Shown piece after piece: positions 1 through 9,997 of a stretch of 64,000 nt of DNA (its first letter is position 1; each line of letters begins with the position of its first letter). Under the pieces are notes generated by a model. It was not told the DNA's origin. It did not search any database and saw only the letters and a list, made by a program, of their open reading frames with translations. The translations under genes and the position numbers were made by a program. This DNA is from Nitrospirota bacterium (GTDB lineage Bacteria; Nitrospirota; UBA9217): positions 32,001-96,000 of the forward strand of contig DASPSR010000007.1 in the NCBI GenBank assembly GCA_035623825.1, given 5' to 3'.

Positions 1-559
1 CGCGTTGTACGCGATGTACGCCTCTTTCGTATTTGAGTCTGCTGTACACTCCCTTGCCCTGAATTTGGGCGATGACTTCCTTCACGCCGCCGACACCCGT
101 GGTGCTCATGTCGAGGAGGGTGACTTTCCATCGCTTCTTCTCGGCATAGCGCGAATACATGCGGAAGAGCTCGGCAGCAAAGAGTCCTGCCTCGTCTCCA
201 CCGGCGCCTGCCCGGATCTCGAGGAAGATGTTCTTCTCGTCCCGGGGGTCCTTGGGCACAAGCATGATGCGGAGTTCCTGGTCCATCTGCTCGCTCTTGG
301 TCAGCAACTCCTTGAGCTCGGCCTCGGCCATTGCACGCAGTTCGGGGTCCGACTTCTTGTCCTTCAAGAGCTCCTCGGCATCGTGGATCTGCTTCTGAAC
401 ATCCTGATATGCCCGGTAATGGTTAACAACATCCTCGATTTCCGACCGTTCTTTCGAGTACTTCTGGTACTGTTGATGATTGGCGGCAACCGCTGGATCG
501 GAAAGGAGCCTGGTCAACTCATCATATTTTTCAGCTACCGCGTCTATTTTTTTGAACAT
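1..559 (-). CDS. prfA: peptide chain release factor 1 (N-terminal part; runs off window edge)
   Basis: Manual minus-strand translation from ATG at 559: MFKKIDAVAEKYDEL...LEIRAGAGGDEAGLFAAELFRMY...LKYERGVHRVQR, typical RF1 motifs; follows rpmE-DUF1385. Confidence 0.95.
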   Translation of the reverse strand, partial: MFKKIDAVAEKYDELTRLLSDPAVAANHQQYQKYSKERSEIEDVVNHYRAYQDVQKQIHDAEELLKDKKSDPELRAMAEAELKELLTKSEQMDQELRIMLVPKDPRDEKNIFLEIRAGAGGDEAGLFAAELFRMYSRYAEKKRWKVTLLDMSTTGVGGVKEVIAQIQGKGVYSRLKYERGVHRVQR

Positions 560-660
560 AGGTAAAACAACATTCCACGAAAAGACTAAGGAACGGAGAA
601 AAGAAAAGATTTTTATCTCGTGTCCTCGCCTCTTTGCGGCAAGGGGACTCTTACATCAAC

Positions 661-684
661 AAAAAACCCCGCATCAGCGGGGTT
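661..684 (-). terminator. intrinsic terminator-like hairpin overlapping the DUF1385 stop codon
   Basis: Minus strand AACCCCGC-TGAT-GCGGGGTT followed by T run. Confidence 0.6.
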
Positions 685-1579
685 CCATCGCGAGGGCCTC
701 GTCGAGCGCCCTGATGGCGACCTCTATTTGATCGTCAGACGGCTCTCGCGTCGTGAGGCGCTGGAGCCAGAGTCCCGGGAGGATCAGCACCTCAATGAGA
801 GGATGCCCTCGCTTCTTTGCACTGAACTTTATGAATTCGTAGCCCAGCCCAGCGATTAAGGGCAGTAGTACGATGCGTGAAAGGCCCTTCGCCCAGAAAG
901 GCCAGCTGCCCGGAATGAGCGAGAACAGGATGATGGAAAACGCTATAACCGTAAGTAGGAAGCTTGTCCCACAGCGTGGGTGGATGCAGGAATAGGGTTT
1001 AGCATTCTGCACCGTGAGTTCGACCCCTGCCTCGTACGCGGCGATGGCTTTGTGCTCGGCCCCATGGTACTCAAAGACCCGGCGGATGTCCTTCATGAAT
1101 GAGATGCCGGATACATATCCGAGGAAAAGAGTTATCCTGAGGGCCCCATCCGTGAGATTGAAGAGGATGCTGTTCCTGCTGACGGCATCGTATTTTGCGC
1201 CGAGCACGTTAGTGAGCAGGAGAGGGAGCGCTAGGAAAAGACCGAAAGCGAAAGCAAGCGCCAGGATAATGGTCCCGGCCATGGCAAGCGGGCCGACTTC
1301 TTCTTTCCTTTCACTGCCGGCGTCGAGTGATTCATTCGCAGAGAAATTGAGCGCCCGTATCCCGAGCCACAGGGCCTCGAACAGTGCCGCGGATCCCCGG
1401 ACTATCCTCTTCTTCAGGATTGGGAACCGTTCTCCAAGCGGTTTGAGCGATTGCGTGAGGACCGCGATCTCGGCACCAGGCCTGCCGCCTTTGCGTACAG
1501 CTACAGTGAAGCAGTGCGGTGAGCGCATCATCACTCCTTCGAGCACCGCCTGACCGCCTATGGTTAATTTTCCTGGCAA
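674..1579 (-). CDS. DUF1385 family membrane protein
   Basis: IGGQAVLEGVMMR N-terminus, YHGAEHK, HPRCGTSF, LQRLTTREP motifs; usual position between rpmE and prfA. Confidence 0.9.
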   Translation of the reverse strand: MPGKLTIGGQAVLEGVMMRSPHCFTVAVRKGGRPGAEIAVLTQSLKPLGERFPILKKRIVRGSAALFEALWLGIRALNFSANESLDAGSERKEEVGPLAMAGTIILALAFAFGLFLALPLLLTNVLGAKYDAVSRNSILFNLTDGALRITLFLGYVSGISFMKDIRRVFEYHGAEHKAIAAYEAGVELTVQNAKPYSCIHPRCGTSFLLTVIAFSIILFSLIPGSWPFWAKGLSRIVLLPLIAGLGYEFIKFSAKKRGHPLIEVLILPGLWLQRLTTREPSDDQIEVAIRALDEALAMEPR

Positions 1580-1633
1580 GATGGGGACCTCGTTTCAGGC
1601 TTGTTGATATTTCGCTAGCGGGTTGCCTGTGAA

Positions 1634-1834
1634 TTAGGCTTTCTTGTACTTTTTCCTGAACTTGTCGACTCGGCCTTCTGTATCAATCAGCTTCTGCTTG
1701 CCGGTGAAGAATGGATGGCAAACCGAGCAGATGTCGAGCTTGACATTCTCTTTTGTGGATCGCGTCTGGAACGATTCACCGCAAGCGCAGTGGATTGTCG
1801 TCACTTTGTAGTCGGGGTGGATTCCCTGTTTCAT
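1634..1834 (-). CDS. rpmE: 50S ribosomal protein L31 (Zn-binding type, CxC...CxxC)
   Basis: MKQGIHPDY...CACG...[15 protein letters not shown]. Confidence 0.97.
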   Translation of the reverse strand: MKQGIHPDYKVTTIHCACGESFQTRSTKENVKLDICSVCHPFFTGKQKLIDTEGRVDKFRKKYKKA

Positions 1835-1904
1835 GATTCATCTCCTCCTGATATAAAAGCCATAGCCACAGCGGACTGCTGTGACTCTCATTGTCAAGGC
1901 CGAA

Positions 1905-1933
1905 ATAATATATCAAACTGTCTAAAATTACAA
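1905..1933 (-). promoter_or_regulatory. sigma70-type promoter for rpmE
   Basis: Minus strand TTGTAA-17nt-TATTAT upstream of rpmE. Confidence 0.5.
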
Positions 1934-1949
1934 GCAAAAAATTATTTGA

Positions 1950-3197
1950 TTACTTGTTCATAGAGTCTAGAAAATCCCGGTTAGTCTTTGATTGCTTGAG
2001 TTTTTCGAGCAGGAACTCCATACTTTCCACCGTGGTGAGGGGGTTGAGGACCTTCCGCAGCACCCACATCCGGTTCAGATCGTCCTTGTCAACGAGAAGC
2101 TCTTCCTTACGCGTGCCGGATGCGTTGATGTCGATGGCTGGGAACACGCGCTTGTCCACGAGCTTACGGTCGAGGTGGAGCTCCATGTTGCCGGTACCCT
2201 TGAATTCTTCAAAGATTACGTCGTCCATACGGCTTCCAGTGTCGACGAGTGCGGTCGCAAGGATAGTCAGGCTGCCGCCCCCCTCGATGCTCCGGGCTGC
2301 GCCGAAGAACCGTTTTGGCCGCTGAAGCGCATTTGCGTCCAGACCACCGGAGAGCACCTTTCCAGAAGCCGGGATGATCGCGTTGTGCGCCCGCGCGAGA
2401 CGGGTGATGCTGTCAAGCAGGATGACGACGTCTTTTTTGTGCTCAACTAGACGCTTTGCGCGCTCGATCACCATGTCAGCGACCTGCACGTGCCGCTGCG
2501 GCGGCTCGTCGAAGGTGGAACTGATGATTTCCGCCTTGACCTGGCGCTGCCAGTCCGTCACCTCTTCAGGCCGCTCGTCAATTAGGAGCACTATGAGCTT
2601 GACGTCCTTATGGTTCTTCAGGACGGCTTTGGCGATGGCCTGGAGCAGCATGGTCTTTCCTGTCCGCGGTGGGGCCACGATCATGCCGCGCTGACCCATC
2701 CCGATAGGCGTGATGAGGTCCATAGCGCGGGTAGTATAGTCGGTCGGGGAATGTTCGAGTCTTATTTTCTTTTCGGGATAGTAGGGAGTGAGGTTGTCAA
2801 AGAGGATTTTGGTTCGAGAGATTTCGGGGTCCTCATAATTTATGCCGTCCACTTTCAGGAGGGCAAAATAGCGCTCGCCTTCTTTCGGTGGCCGTATCTG
2901 GCCGGAGACAGTATCGCCGGTGCGAATGTTGAACCTCCGTATCTGTGAAGGAGACACGTATATATCGTCCGGGCCGGGAAGGTAATTGTAATCGGGTGCT
3001 CGAAGGAAACCAAAACCGTCCGGCAGGATCTCAAGAACGCCTTCGCCGAATATCATGCCGTTCTTTTCGGTCTGCGCCTGCAGGATTGCAAAAATGAGCT
3101 CCTGCTTTCTCATACCACTGACGCCTTCGACCTTTAGCTCGTCCGCCATAGTCGTGAGCTCGGCTATGCTTTTCCCTTTAAGTTCTACTAAGTTCAT
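1950..3197 (-). CDS. rho: transcription termination factor Rho
   Basis: MNLVELKGK...[14 protein letters not shown]...[12 protein letters not shown]...APPRTGKT...DERPEEVTD; start set at ATG 3197 behind AAGGAG. Confidence 0.98.
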   Translation of the reverse strand: MNLVELKGKSIAELTTMADELKVEGVSGMRKQELIFAILQAQTEKNGMIFGEGVLEILPDGFGFLRAPDYNYLPGPDDIYVSPSQIRRFNIRTGDTVSGQIRPPKEGERYFALLKVDGINYEDPEISRTKILFDNLTPYYPEKKIRLEHSPTDYTTRAMDLITPIGMGQRGMIVAPPRTGKTMLLQAIAKAVLKNHKDVKLIVLLIDERPEEVTDWQRQVKAEIISSTFDEPPQRHVQVADMVIERAKRLVEHKKDVVILLDSITRLARAHNAIIPASGKVLSGGLDANALQRPKRFFGAARSIEGGGSLTILATALVDTGSRMDDVIFEEFKGTGNMELHLDRKLVDKRVFPAIDINASGTRKEELLVDKDDLNRMWVLRKVLNPLTTVESMEFLLEKLKQSKTNRDFLDSMNK

Positions 3198-3519
3198 GAT
3201 TTTACTCCTTGGCCCATGGCCTGCGAGGGCAGACCTGGTCCGCACCCGAGAAGTAGGCTGATAGTTATTCTTCTCCAGCAACAAGCGTAATAGTTGTGTA
3301 AATAGTTATGATGCTTTTTTCTAGGGGGAGCGAGTTCCATTAGATTGTCAGTTTGTGTGGTTAATGTGAGTAACCAGCAAGGTGCTGCGTGACTTGGTTT
3401 ATTTACGGATGAAATTGCCCTTCTGTATTAAGCGGTATGCTTTTATTCTACCTGGTTATTATGCTGGGTTAGGTAATAACAGGGGTTTTTGGTCAGGTTT
3501 ACATGATTTACTGACAAAA

Positions 3520-3548
3520 AATATACCTCAGAAAGTCGGGTTTGTCAA
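3520..3548 (-). promoter_or_regulatory. sigma70-type promoter for rho
   Basis: Minus strand TTGACA-17nt-TATATT. Confidence 0.7.
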
Positions 3549-3799
3549 TAATTTATTTAATGCTATTGCAGACATCGTTATTTTGAGGCAAGTTTAATCG
3601 CACCCTTGGAAAACAGTCACCCAGATAACTGAAGTGCCGACTGGAATCGGGCCAGTCAAATAGCGTGAAGACCGACCATGCGCAGCGACCTCATGAACAG
3701 CCAATCTTCATCACCCCGGCAAGCGACGTGGACTGATCTCCCGAGAGTACGACAGCGAATCCGAATTGGTCTTATCTACCCCTGCTTGATGAATTCCGG

Positions 3800-3828
3800 T
3801 TGACACCCACTCTTCTCTGTCGTAGTAT
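3800..3828 (+). promoter_or_regulatory. sigma70-type promoter directly upstream of the Rieske gene
   Basis: TTGACA(3800-3805)-17nt-TAGTAT(3823-3828), 7 nt before ATG 3836. Confidence 0.7.
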
Positions 3829-3835
3829 TTCCCTC

Positions 3836-4288
3836 ATGGAGCCGGACCGAAGAGATTTTATCAAAAAAGCGCTTACAAGCGTGCTCGTCCTTCTTGGTCT
3901 TGGTTTCATGATACCGGGTCTTAAGATTCTCTCTCCTGCAGGCAGCCGCAATAAAGAGCTCGTTTATTTCCCCCTCGTCCCGGAGGGGGATGTCCCCAGG
4001 TCAGGAGTTAAGAAGAGCGAGCTAGCCTATGTCATCGCCGGCAAGGAGTGGAAGGCAAGGGTCTTTATTGTATCCACTTCGGACAGTTTGAGCGTATTCT
4101 CGGCAACCTGCACGCATCTGGGATGTCTCGTCAATTATAAGAAGGAAAAACGTGAGTTCGTCTGCCCATGCCACGGCGGGCGGTATGACCTGACCGGAAG
4201 GAATATTGCTGGACCTCCACCGGCCCCTCTTACTCGTTTTCCCATCAAGACGCAGGATGGGATGATTGTTGTCGGAATCAAGGTGTGA
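3836..4288 (+). CDS. Rieske [2Fe-2S] subunit of a Rieske/cytochrome b complex
   Basis: Tat-like RRDFIKK plus hydrophobic helix; CTHLGC and CPCHGG boxes. Confidence 0.93.
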   Translation: MEPDRRDFIKKALTSVLVLLGLGFMIPGLKILSPAGSRNKELVYFPLVPEGDVPRSGVKKSELAYVIAGKEWKARVFIVSTSDSLSVFSATCTHLGCLVNYKKEKREFVCPCHGGRYDLTGRNIAGPPPAPLTRFPIKTQDGMIVVGIKV

Positions 4289-4939
4289 TTGCGTATGGGG
4301 TTTCTCAATTATTTGAACACGCGCCTGGGATTTACGAGCAGGCACCGGGGAGTGCTGGACAAGCCGGTGCCGGGATGGATCAATTATTTTTATTGCTTCG
4401 GCGGAATAACGTTCACCCTGTTCATTATACAGGTTCTCACGGGCCTGCTCCTCTCTTTGCACTATATACCAGCCGAGGCAGAGGCTTACCGGAGCATTCA
4501 GCGCCTGCACCTGAATGTTCCACTCGGCCATCTGCTCCGCTCATTACATCACTGGAGCGCGAACCTCATGGTCGTGATGGTAATGCTCCATATGCTCAGA
4601 GTATTCATCACCGGGTCATACAAGAATCCGAGAGAATTAAACTGGGTCGCCGGGGCTGTACTGCTCCTGTTGACATTGGGATTCGGTTTTACGGGCTACC
4701 TTCTGCCTTGGGACCAGAAAGCCTACTGGGCAACGGTGGTGGGGACAAATATGCTCGGCTCGATACCGCTCATAGGGCCCGTCCTCGCTGCATTCGTCCG
4801 AGGGGGCCCCGAGGTGACCGGTCAGACGCTCCTCCGGTTTTATAGCATGCACCTGCTTTGGTTTCCTATCTTGACGGCGTTCTTTCTCTGGGTACATTTC
4901 CACATCCTGCGAAGGCTGGGCATCTCGGGGGGAATGTGA
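4289..4939 (+). CDS. cytochrome b6-type N-terminal subunit
   Basis: YCFGGITF (heme ci Cys position), RSLHHWSA, MLHMLR, GYLLPWDQKAYWA, FYSMH...VHF. Confidence 0.93.
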   Translation: MRMGFLNYLNTRLGFTSRHRGVLDKPVPGWINYFYCFGGITFTLFIIQVLTGLLLSLHYIPAEAEAYRSIQRLHLNVPLGHLLRSLHHWSANLMVVMVMLHMLRVFITGSYKNPRELNWVAGAVLLLLTLGFGFTGYLLPWDQKAYWATVVGTNMLGSIPLIGPVLAAFVRGGPEVTGQTLLRFYSMHLLWFPILTAFFLWVHFHILRRLGISGGM

Positions 4940-5049
4940 GCACATGATATGCATAGTAGGGCGTGAGGGATGCATAGAGATTGAGAAGCGTCTATAGTCT
5001 CAGCTGAGAGTATCGAACAGAGCCTCGTCACCCTGATGTTGGAGTACCG

Positions 5050-5433
5050 ATGAACAAAATCAGAGAAAAAAAGTTCTTCCCTTATTATCTCTTCGAGATC
5101 ACGCTTGTGGCCCTGTTCACGGTGGAGGCAGCTCTGCTGTTGGCTGTCTTGTTCCCGTCCACCGTCGGGCGAGAAATAGATTTTTCGGCGCAATATAGCC
5201 CAAGGCCCGAATGGTATTTCCTCTTTCTGTACCAGCTTACCAAATACTTTCCCGGGCGGTGGACGTTCGTGGGGGCAATTCTGCTGCCCGGGCTCGCCTT
5301 CAGCGTACTGCTCCTTTCGCCATTCCTGGATAGCAGTACGGAGCAATCCCTTGGGAAGCGAAGGGCCGCCGCGGTTATTGGCTTTGGTCTGCTAGCCGCA
5401 GTAGTGGCCTTGACTGTTGCATCCATGATATGA
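5050..5433 (+). CDS. cytochrome b6f subunit IV-like (cyt b C-terminal part)
   Basis: Three TM helices, RPEWYFLFLY (PEWY) motif, LSPFLD. Confidence 0.88.
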   Translation: MNKIREKKFFPYYLFEITLVALFTVEAALLLAVLFPSTVGREIDFSAQYSPRPEWYFLFLYQLTKYFPGRWTFVGAILLPGLAFSVLLLSPFLDSSTEQSLGKRRAAAVIGFGLLAAVVALTVASMI

Positions 5434-5518
5434 ATGACATGAAGGAAAGTTTCGAATTGTAGGAGTTGGCTTCAAGGGCATTGGCCTCTCAGATAGGCAA
5501 GAACCAGCAGGGTGATGT

Positions 5519-6559
5519 GTGAAACATCTCATATCGATTATCATTCCCAATTATAACGGCAGTCGGACGATCGGAAAGTGCCTGGAGTCCATCTTTGCGT
5601 TCAACGACGATGATTGGGAGGTCATAGTCGTTGACGACTGTTCTGAGGACAGCTCAATCGACATTATCGGGAAATATCCCTGCAGGCTTATCCAGTTGGA
5701 GAAACACGCAGGCGCTTCAGCCGCACGGAATGCAGGAGCATTCAGCAGCAAGGGCGATGTTCTGTTTTTTATCGATGCTGATTGCCTCCTGAAAGATGAC
5801 ACCCTGTTAATCATTCGGAATCATTTGTCAGCGCAGCCTGCAGATGTGGTTATCGGCGGCACCTACACACCTGTGCCGCGGGATCCCGGATTTTTCAATC
5901 AATTTCAGTCTGCATTTATCAACTACTTTGAGACGAAAAACAGCAGCAGCCCTGATTACCTCGCCACACATGCCTTGGTTATTAACGCCGAAACCTTTAG
6001 GAAGTTCGGCGGGTTTAAAGAAAACTTCCTGCCTATTCTCGAAGATGTCGAGTTCTGTCACCGTCTGCGAAGGGCAGGTTACAGGCTGATTATGGATCCT
6101 GATCTCCAGGTCCGCCACATCTTTAACCATTCATTCATGAGGTCAATCCAGAATGCCGAAAAAAAAGCACGATATTGGACCATGTATTCCTTGGTGAACA
6201 GGGATTTATTTGCAGATTCGGGAGCGGCGTCTAGAGAACTTAAGCTCAACGGTGTCGCATGGCTGGCGACGGTTGTGCTTGCATTTCTCTCCCTCGTGTC
6301 CGGGCAACGGGAATTTCTGCTGCCCTTGCCCTTGCTGTGGGCATTCGGCGTTTTTGTCAACAGATATTTATTCAAGGCGTTTTATAAAGCAGGCGGCGCT
6401 TTTTTTGCTCTAGTGGCAGGGACGTACTATGTGATAGTATATCCTGCGGCTGTCTGGCTGGGAGCTGCCAGGGGGGCTGTACAATATTCCCTTCAGAATA
6501 AAATGAAGTCTGGCAAAGGCGGTCCCCGCGAGTTCTATAAGGGAACATCGAAGGAATAG
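5519..6559 (+). CDS. glycosyltransferase family 2 with C-terminal membrane helices
   Basis: ISIIIPNYN, VIVVDDCSED, GASAARNAG, FIDAD (DxD), EDVEF; hydrophobic C-terminus. Confidence 0.88.
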   Translation: MKHLISIIIPNYNGSRTIGKCLESIFAFNDDDWEVIVVDDCSEDSSIDIIGKYPCRLIQLEKHAGASAARNAGAFSSKGDVLFFIDADCLLKDDTLLIIRNHLSAQPADVVIGGTYTPVPRDPGFFNQFQSAFINYFETKNSSSPDYLATHALVINAETFRKFGGFKENFLPILEDVEFCHRLRRAGYRLIMDPDLQVRHIFNHSFMRSIQNAEKKARYWTMYSLVNRDLFADSGAASRELKLNGVAWLATVVLAFLSLVSGQREFLLPLPLLWAFGVFVNRYLFKAFYKAGGAFFALVAGTYYVIVYPAAVWLGAARGAVQYSLQNKMKSGKGGPREFYKGTSKE

Positions 6560-6564
6560 ATACA

Positions 6565-7653
6565 ATGTACTCACCATTCAGATACGTACGGGACATATTC
6601 TGGAAGGGAAGGCCGATTCATCTAGCGTTTTTCATCACCAGACGGTGTAATGCCAAATGTCCCTTCTGCTTCTATCTCAGGTCGGGCGAACCCCCCGCTG
6701 ATTCCCTGCCCGAACTGTCGTTGGAGGAGATCGAGAGGACATCTTCCTCCCTAGGCAGTCTCCTGTGGCTGGCGTTTTCCGGCGGTGAGATTTTTCTTAG
6801 AGACGATCTCATTGAGATCGCCCGAATCTTCTACCGGAATAACAAACCGGCGATTATGCTGTTCCCGACGAACGGGCTTATGCCTGAGGTGATCCTTGAC
6901 AGGATAGAGACGATCGTTCGCTCATGTCCAAAGAGCGTTGTTGCCCTCAAGCTATCCGTTGATGGAGTAGGCGAGGCGCATGACACGATCCGCAATATGC
7001 CGGGAAGCTTTGACAAGACCCTGCAGACATATATGGCGGTTTCCGATCTTGTCGATCGGTACCCGAATTTCGAACTCGGAATAAATACGGTCTTCTGTTC
7101 AGAAAATCAAGAATCTATGGATGAGGTAATCGATTTCGTGCGGGAGCTCAAAAACATCAAAACGCACACAATTTCTCTCGTGAGGGGCAACCTTACTGAC
7201 AAGCGGTATGGCGTCGTAGATTCCAATAAATACCTTGATGCCGTGCGGAAGCTTGAAGAGAACCTAAAAGGAGGGAGGTCACCTGTATATCGTTTCAGGG
7301 GTGCACGCATCAAGGCAGCACAGGATATTCTTCAGCGCCGTCTCATCCACCAGACGATGCGCGAGAACAAAAGGATCATACCCTGTTTTGCAGGCAGGCT
7401 TAATCTGGTTCTCACGGAATGTGGCGATGTTTTCCCCTGCGAACTGCTTACGGAATCTTTCGGAAATGTGCGGGATTTCGGATATGACATAGGGAAAGTT
7501 GTCCGTTCAGAGAGAGCTTGCAGGGTGAATGGTTCGATAAGGGACAACACGTGCTACTGCACCCACGAATGTTATTTCATGACCAATATTTTGTTCAACC
7601 TTCAAATGTATCCCACTTTAATGAATGAATACTTGCAGCTCAGGACCAAATGA
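6565..7653 (+). CDS. radical SAM protein with SPASM/twitch-like C-terminus
   Basis: CNAKCPFC (CX3CX2C), SGGE, CFAG...GDVFPC...CYCTHEC. Confidence 0.9.
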   Translation: MYSPFRYVRDIFWKGRPIHLAFFITRRCNAKCPFCFYLRSGEPPADSLPELSLEEIERTSSSLGSLLWLAFSGGEIFLRDDLIEIARIFYRNNKPAIMLFPTNGLMPEVILDRIETIVRSCPKSVVALKLSVDGVGEAHDTIRNMPGSFDKTLQTYMAVSDLVDRYPNFELGINTVFCSENQESMDEVIDFVRELKNIKTHTISLVRGNLTDKRYGVVDSNKYLDAVRKLEENLKGGRSPVYRFRGARIKAAQDILQRRLIHQTMRENKRIIPCFAGRLNLVLTECGDVFPCELLTESFGNVRDFGYDIGKVVRSERACRVNGSIRDNTCYCTHECYFMTNILFNLQMYPTLMNEYLQLRTK

Positions 7654-7747
7654 TGGTACGTTGGTGGATGCGAGGGCTTTAGTCTTCACAAGCAGTTTTA
7701 CCAATCATCATGCCGAGCCGGACGTCGAAAGGGTGTGCTTGCATTGA

Positions 7748-9094
7748 TTATTCTATTCCAAGTTCTTTCAGCCTTTTCCACAGAGTGACTCTGCTGATAC
7801 CGAGGTGCTTCGCCGTAAGGGTCCGGTTTCCTCTATTCAGGGTCAGCGCCGAGCGCAGCTTTTCCCTATCCAAAATCTGTTCACTTTCCTCAGCCTTTTT
7901 CTCCTGGAAAACATATTCAGGGAGGTCAGTGACTTCGATAGTGTCTCCTTTACAGGTGATAGTGCTATGTTCCAAAGCGTTGATCAGCTGCCGCACGTTA
8001 CCCGGCCACGAGAAGTTTTCGATGATCTCCATTGCTTCTGGGCTTATGCGCCGGATGTTCTTGCTGTTGATATGAGATATCTTTTTCAGGTAGTGGAAGG
8101 CGATGACCGGGATATCTTCAGTCCGATCCCGCAGCGGCGGAACCTTGATAAGAATGGAGTTAATACGGTAGAGGAGATCTTCCCGAAAGATGTCCGATTT
8201 GACGAGGGCGTTCAGGTCCTTATTCGTAGCTGAAATCAGCCGGATGTTGACGGGGATCGGATGGTGATCTCCCACGCGTTCCACGACCTTCTCTTCAAGG
8301 ACCCTCAGCAGTTTCACCTGCATGACTTTCGGCATGTCGCCGATCTCATCGAGGAAGATACTGCCGTCATGGGCGGCCTCGAACCTGCCCGTCCGGTCGC
8401 TCATGGCTCCGGTAAAGGAGCCTTTTTTGTGGCCGAAGAGCTCGCTTTCGAGGAGGTAGTCGTTCAGAGATCCGCAGTTCATAGCTACGAACGGGCCCTC
8501 CTTGCGTCTGCTTAGGGAGTGGATGGCCTGGGCCACGAGGTTCTTGCCGGTGCCGCTTTCGCCGCAGATTAGTACAGGTGCTTCGCTCCCGGCAGCGTTC
8601 CGGATCTGCTCGAACAGTTTCTGCATAGGGGCGCTCTTCCCGAGCAGACCCATGAACCAGTATTCCTGCCGCAGTTCCTGTCTCAGTTCTTCGAGCTCCA
8701 TCTCCTTCATGTACAGCGATGTGATATCCGTCATGGACTCCACTGCACCGATCATTTCACCATTCTCATCCCGCAGGACAGTGGCATTTTTCAACAGGTA
8801 GACGGCCCTTCCGTCACCGGAGCGTATCCGGCATTTCTTGTTCTCGATCACGCCCATCTTGAATATGCCGCAGTCTTTTCTCTTCCCCTCGTTGGTTAAG
8901 AAGACACAGGTGTCACTGTCGAGGATCGTGCACTGTTGCCCAATGATCTCTTCTTTTCGATATCCGGTAATATTTTCCGCAGCCCGGTTGAAGAACAGAA
9001 TATTCCCGTCCTTATCGACGATCATGAGCCCGTCTCGCATGGTTTCGAAAACGTTGATAAGAAAGTGTGGCTCTTTGAATAATTTTTCGATCAT
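7748..9094 (-). CDS. PAS-domain sigma54-dependent transcriptional activator
   Basis: N-terminal PAS, GESGTGK, ESELFGHKKGSFTGA, FLDEIGDM, WPGNVR, C-terminal Fis HTH. Confidence 0.93.
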   Translation of the reverse strand: MIEKLFKEPHFLINVFETMRDGLMIVDKDGNILFFNRAAENITGYRKEEIIGQQCTILDSDTCVFLTNEGKRKDCGIFKMGVIENKKCRIRSGDGRAVYLLKNATVLRDENGEMIGAVESMTDITSLYMKEMELEELRQELRQEYWFMGLLGKSAPMQKLFEQIRNAAGSEAPVLICGESGTGKNLVAQAIHSLSRRKEGPFVAMNCGSLNDYLLESELFGHKKGSFTGAMSDRTGRFEAAHDGSIFLDEIGDMPKVMQVKLLRVLEEKVVERVGDHHPIPVNIRLISATNKDLNALVKSDIFREDLLYRINSILIKVPPLRDRTEDIPVIAFHYLKKISHINSKNIRRISPEAMEIIENFSWPGNVRQLINALEHSTITCKGDTIEVTDLPEYVFQEKKAEESEQILDREKLRSALTLNRGNRTLTAKHLGISRVTLWKRLKELGIE

Positions 9095-9121
9095 TGATCC
9101 CCCTAAGGTGTAAAAAAATGA

Positions 9122-9183
9122 AACATGTTAATTAGCATTTTGTTAATTGTTAATTTAACATGTTTAACGTTAATTAGCATTTT
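9122..9183. repeat. AT-rich direct and inverted repeats, probable activator-binding sites
   Basis: GTTAATTAGCATTTT at 9127-9141 and 9169-9183; AACATGTT at 9122 and 9157; near-palindrome TGTTAATTTAACA 9148-9160. Confidence 0.6.
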
Positions 9184-9260
9184 AACACTTATTTGTCAAC
9201 ATAAAATTATAATGATTTTGTAAGGTATTGAAATATTGTAAAATTGGTTGTATTATAAGA

Positions 9261-9277
9261 TAGGCATGACATTTGCT
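9261..9277 (+). promoter_or_regulatory. sigma54 (-24/-12) promoter for the USP operon
   Basis: TAGGCATGACATTTGCT: GG(9263-64)-N10-GC(9275-76); divergent from a sigma54 activator gene. Confidence 0.75.
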
Positions 9278-9330
9278 ATTGTATAAAGTAACTTGGAAAT
9301 ATACAATCCGCTGGTTAGGAGGAATGCAGC

Positions 9331-9915
9331 ATGAAAAAGATCCTGATAGCAGTAGATGATACAAAGGGATCAAAGAACGTACTTTCGGTCTTTCATAATT
9401 TTGTCCAGAAGCCGGTTGAGGTGGTTCTTCTTCATGTAGAAAAGTTACAGGGCAGGTCCCTGATGATTGACATGCTTGGCGACGCGGAAATGTCGACCCT
9501 GAAGGAAATGCTGAGTGGTACCGATTATAAAGTCGCTTTGGATAAGAGGGCGGAAAAGATTCTGGCATTTTACTCGAAAGAGCTAGCACAGGACGGTCTG
9601 GGAACGCTCAAGACCGTGAGGAGGGAAGGCGTTCCTTCTGAAGAAATCCTAAAGGTTGCTGGAGAAGAAGGCGCCGACATGATCATTCTTGGCCAGAGCG
9701 GAAAAAGAGGGTTCGACAGGTTTATCACCGGAAAAGTCGCGCGATATGTTGAGAACAACGCGAAGGTGCCTGTTCTGGTTGCAAAAAGACCGCTCATGTG
9801 TGAAGAACCATACACCAAGAGGGACGCCTGGGCCGCGGTTTCCGTTACATCGGCGATCATGCTTGCGTTGTTCCTTCTGGGCATCATACTTCAGAGGGGA
9901 TCGCTTATCCATTAA
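9331..9915 (+). CDS. universal stress protein with C-terminal TM extension
   Basis: MKKILIAVD...DMIILG...G.VA..V...A.VPVLV; hydrophobic tail. Confidence 0.88.
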   Translation: MKKILIAVDDTKGSKNVLSVFHNFVQKPVEVVLLHVEKLQGRSLMIDMLGDAEMSTLKEMLSGTDYKVALDKRAEKILAFYSKELAQDGLGTLKTVRREGVPSEEILKVAGEEGADMIILGQSGKRGFDRFITGKVARYVENNAKVPVLVAKRPLMCEEPYTKRDAWAAVSVTSAIMLALFLLGIILQRGSLIH

Positions 9916-9997
9916 GTTTAATAACGTGTTCTATTGTGTTTCAATGACAGATAACTAAAAAATCAGATAACTAAAAGCAATGTAAGAGGAGGTTCGC

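Noticed and set aside
5-565. 186-aa plus-strand ORF in the track
   Set aside because: Antisense shadow of prfA, which is clearly encoded on the minus strand
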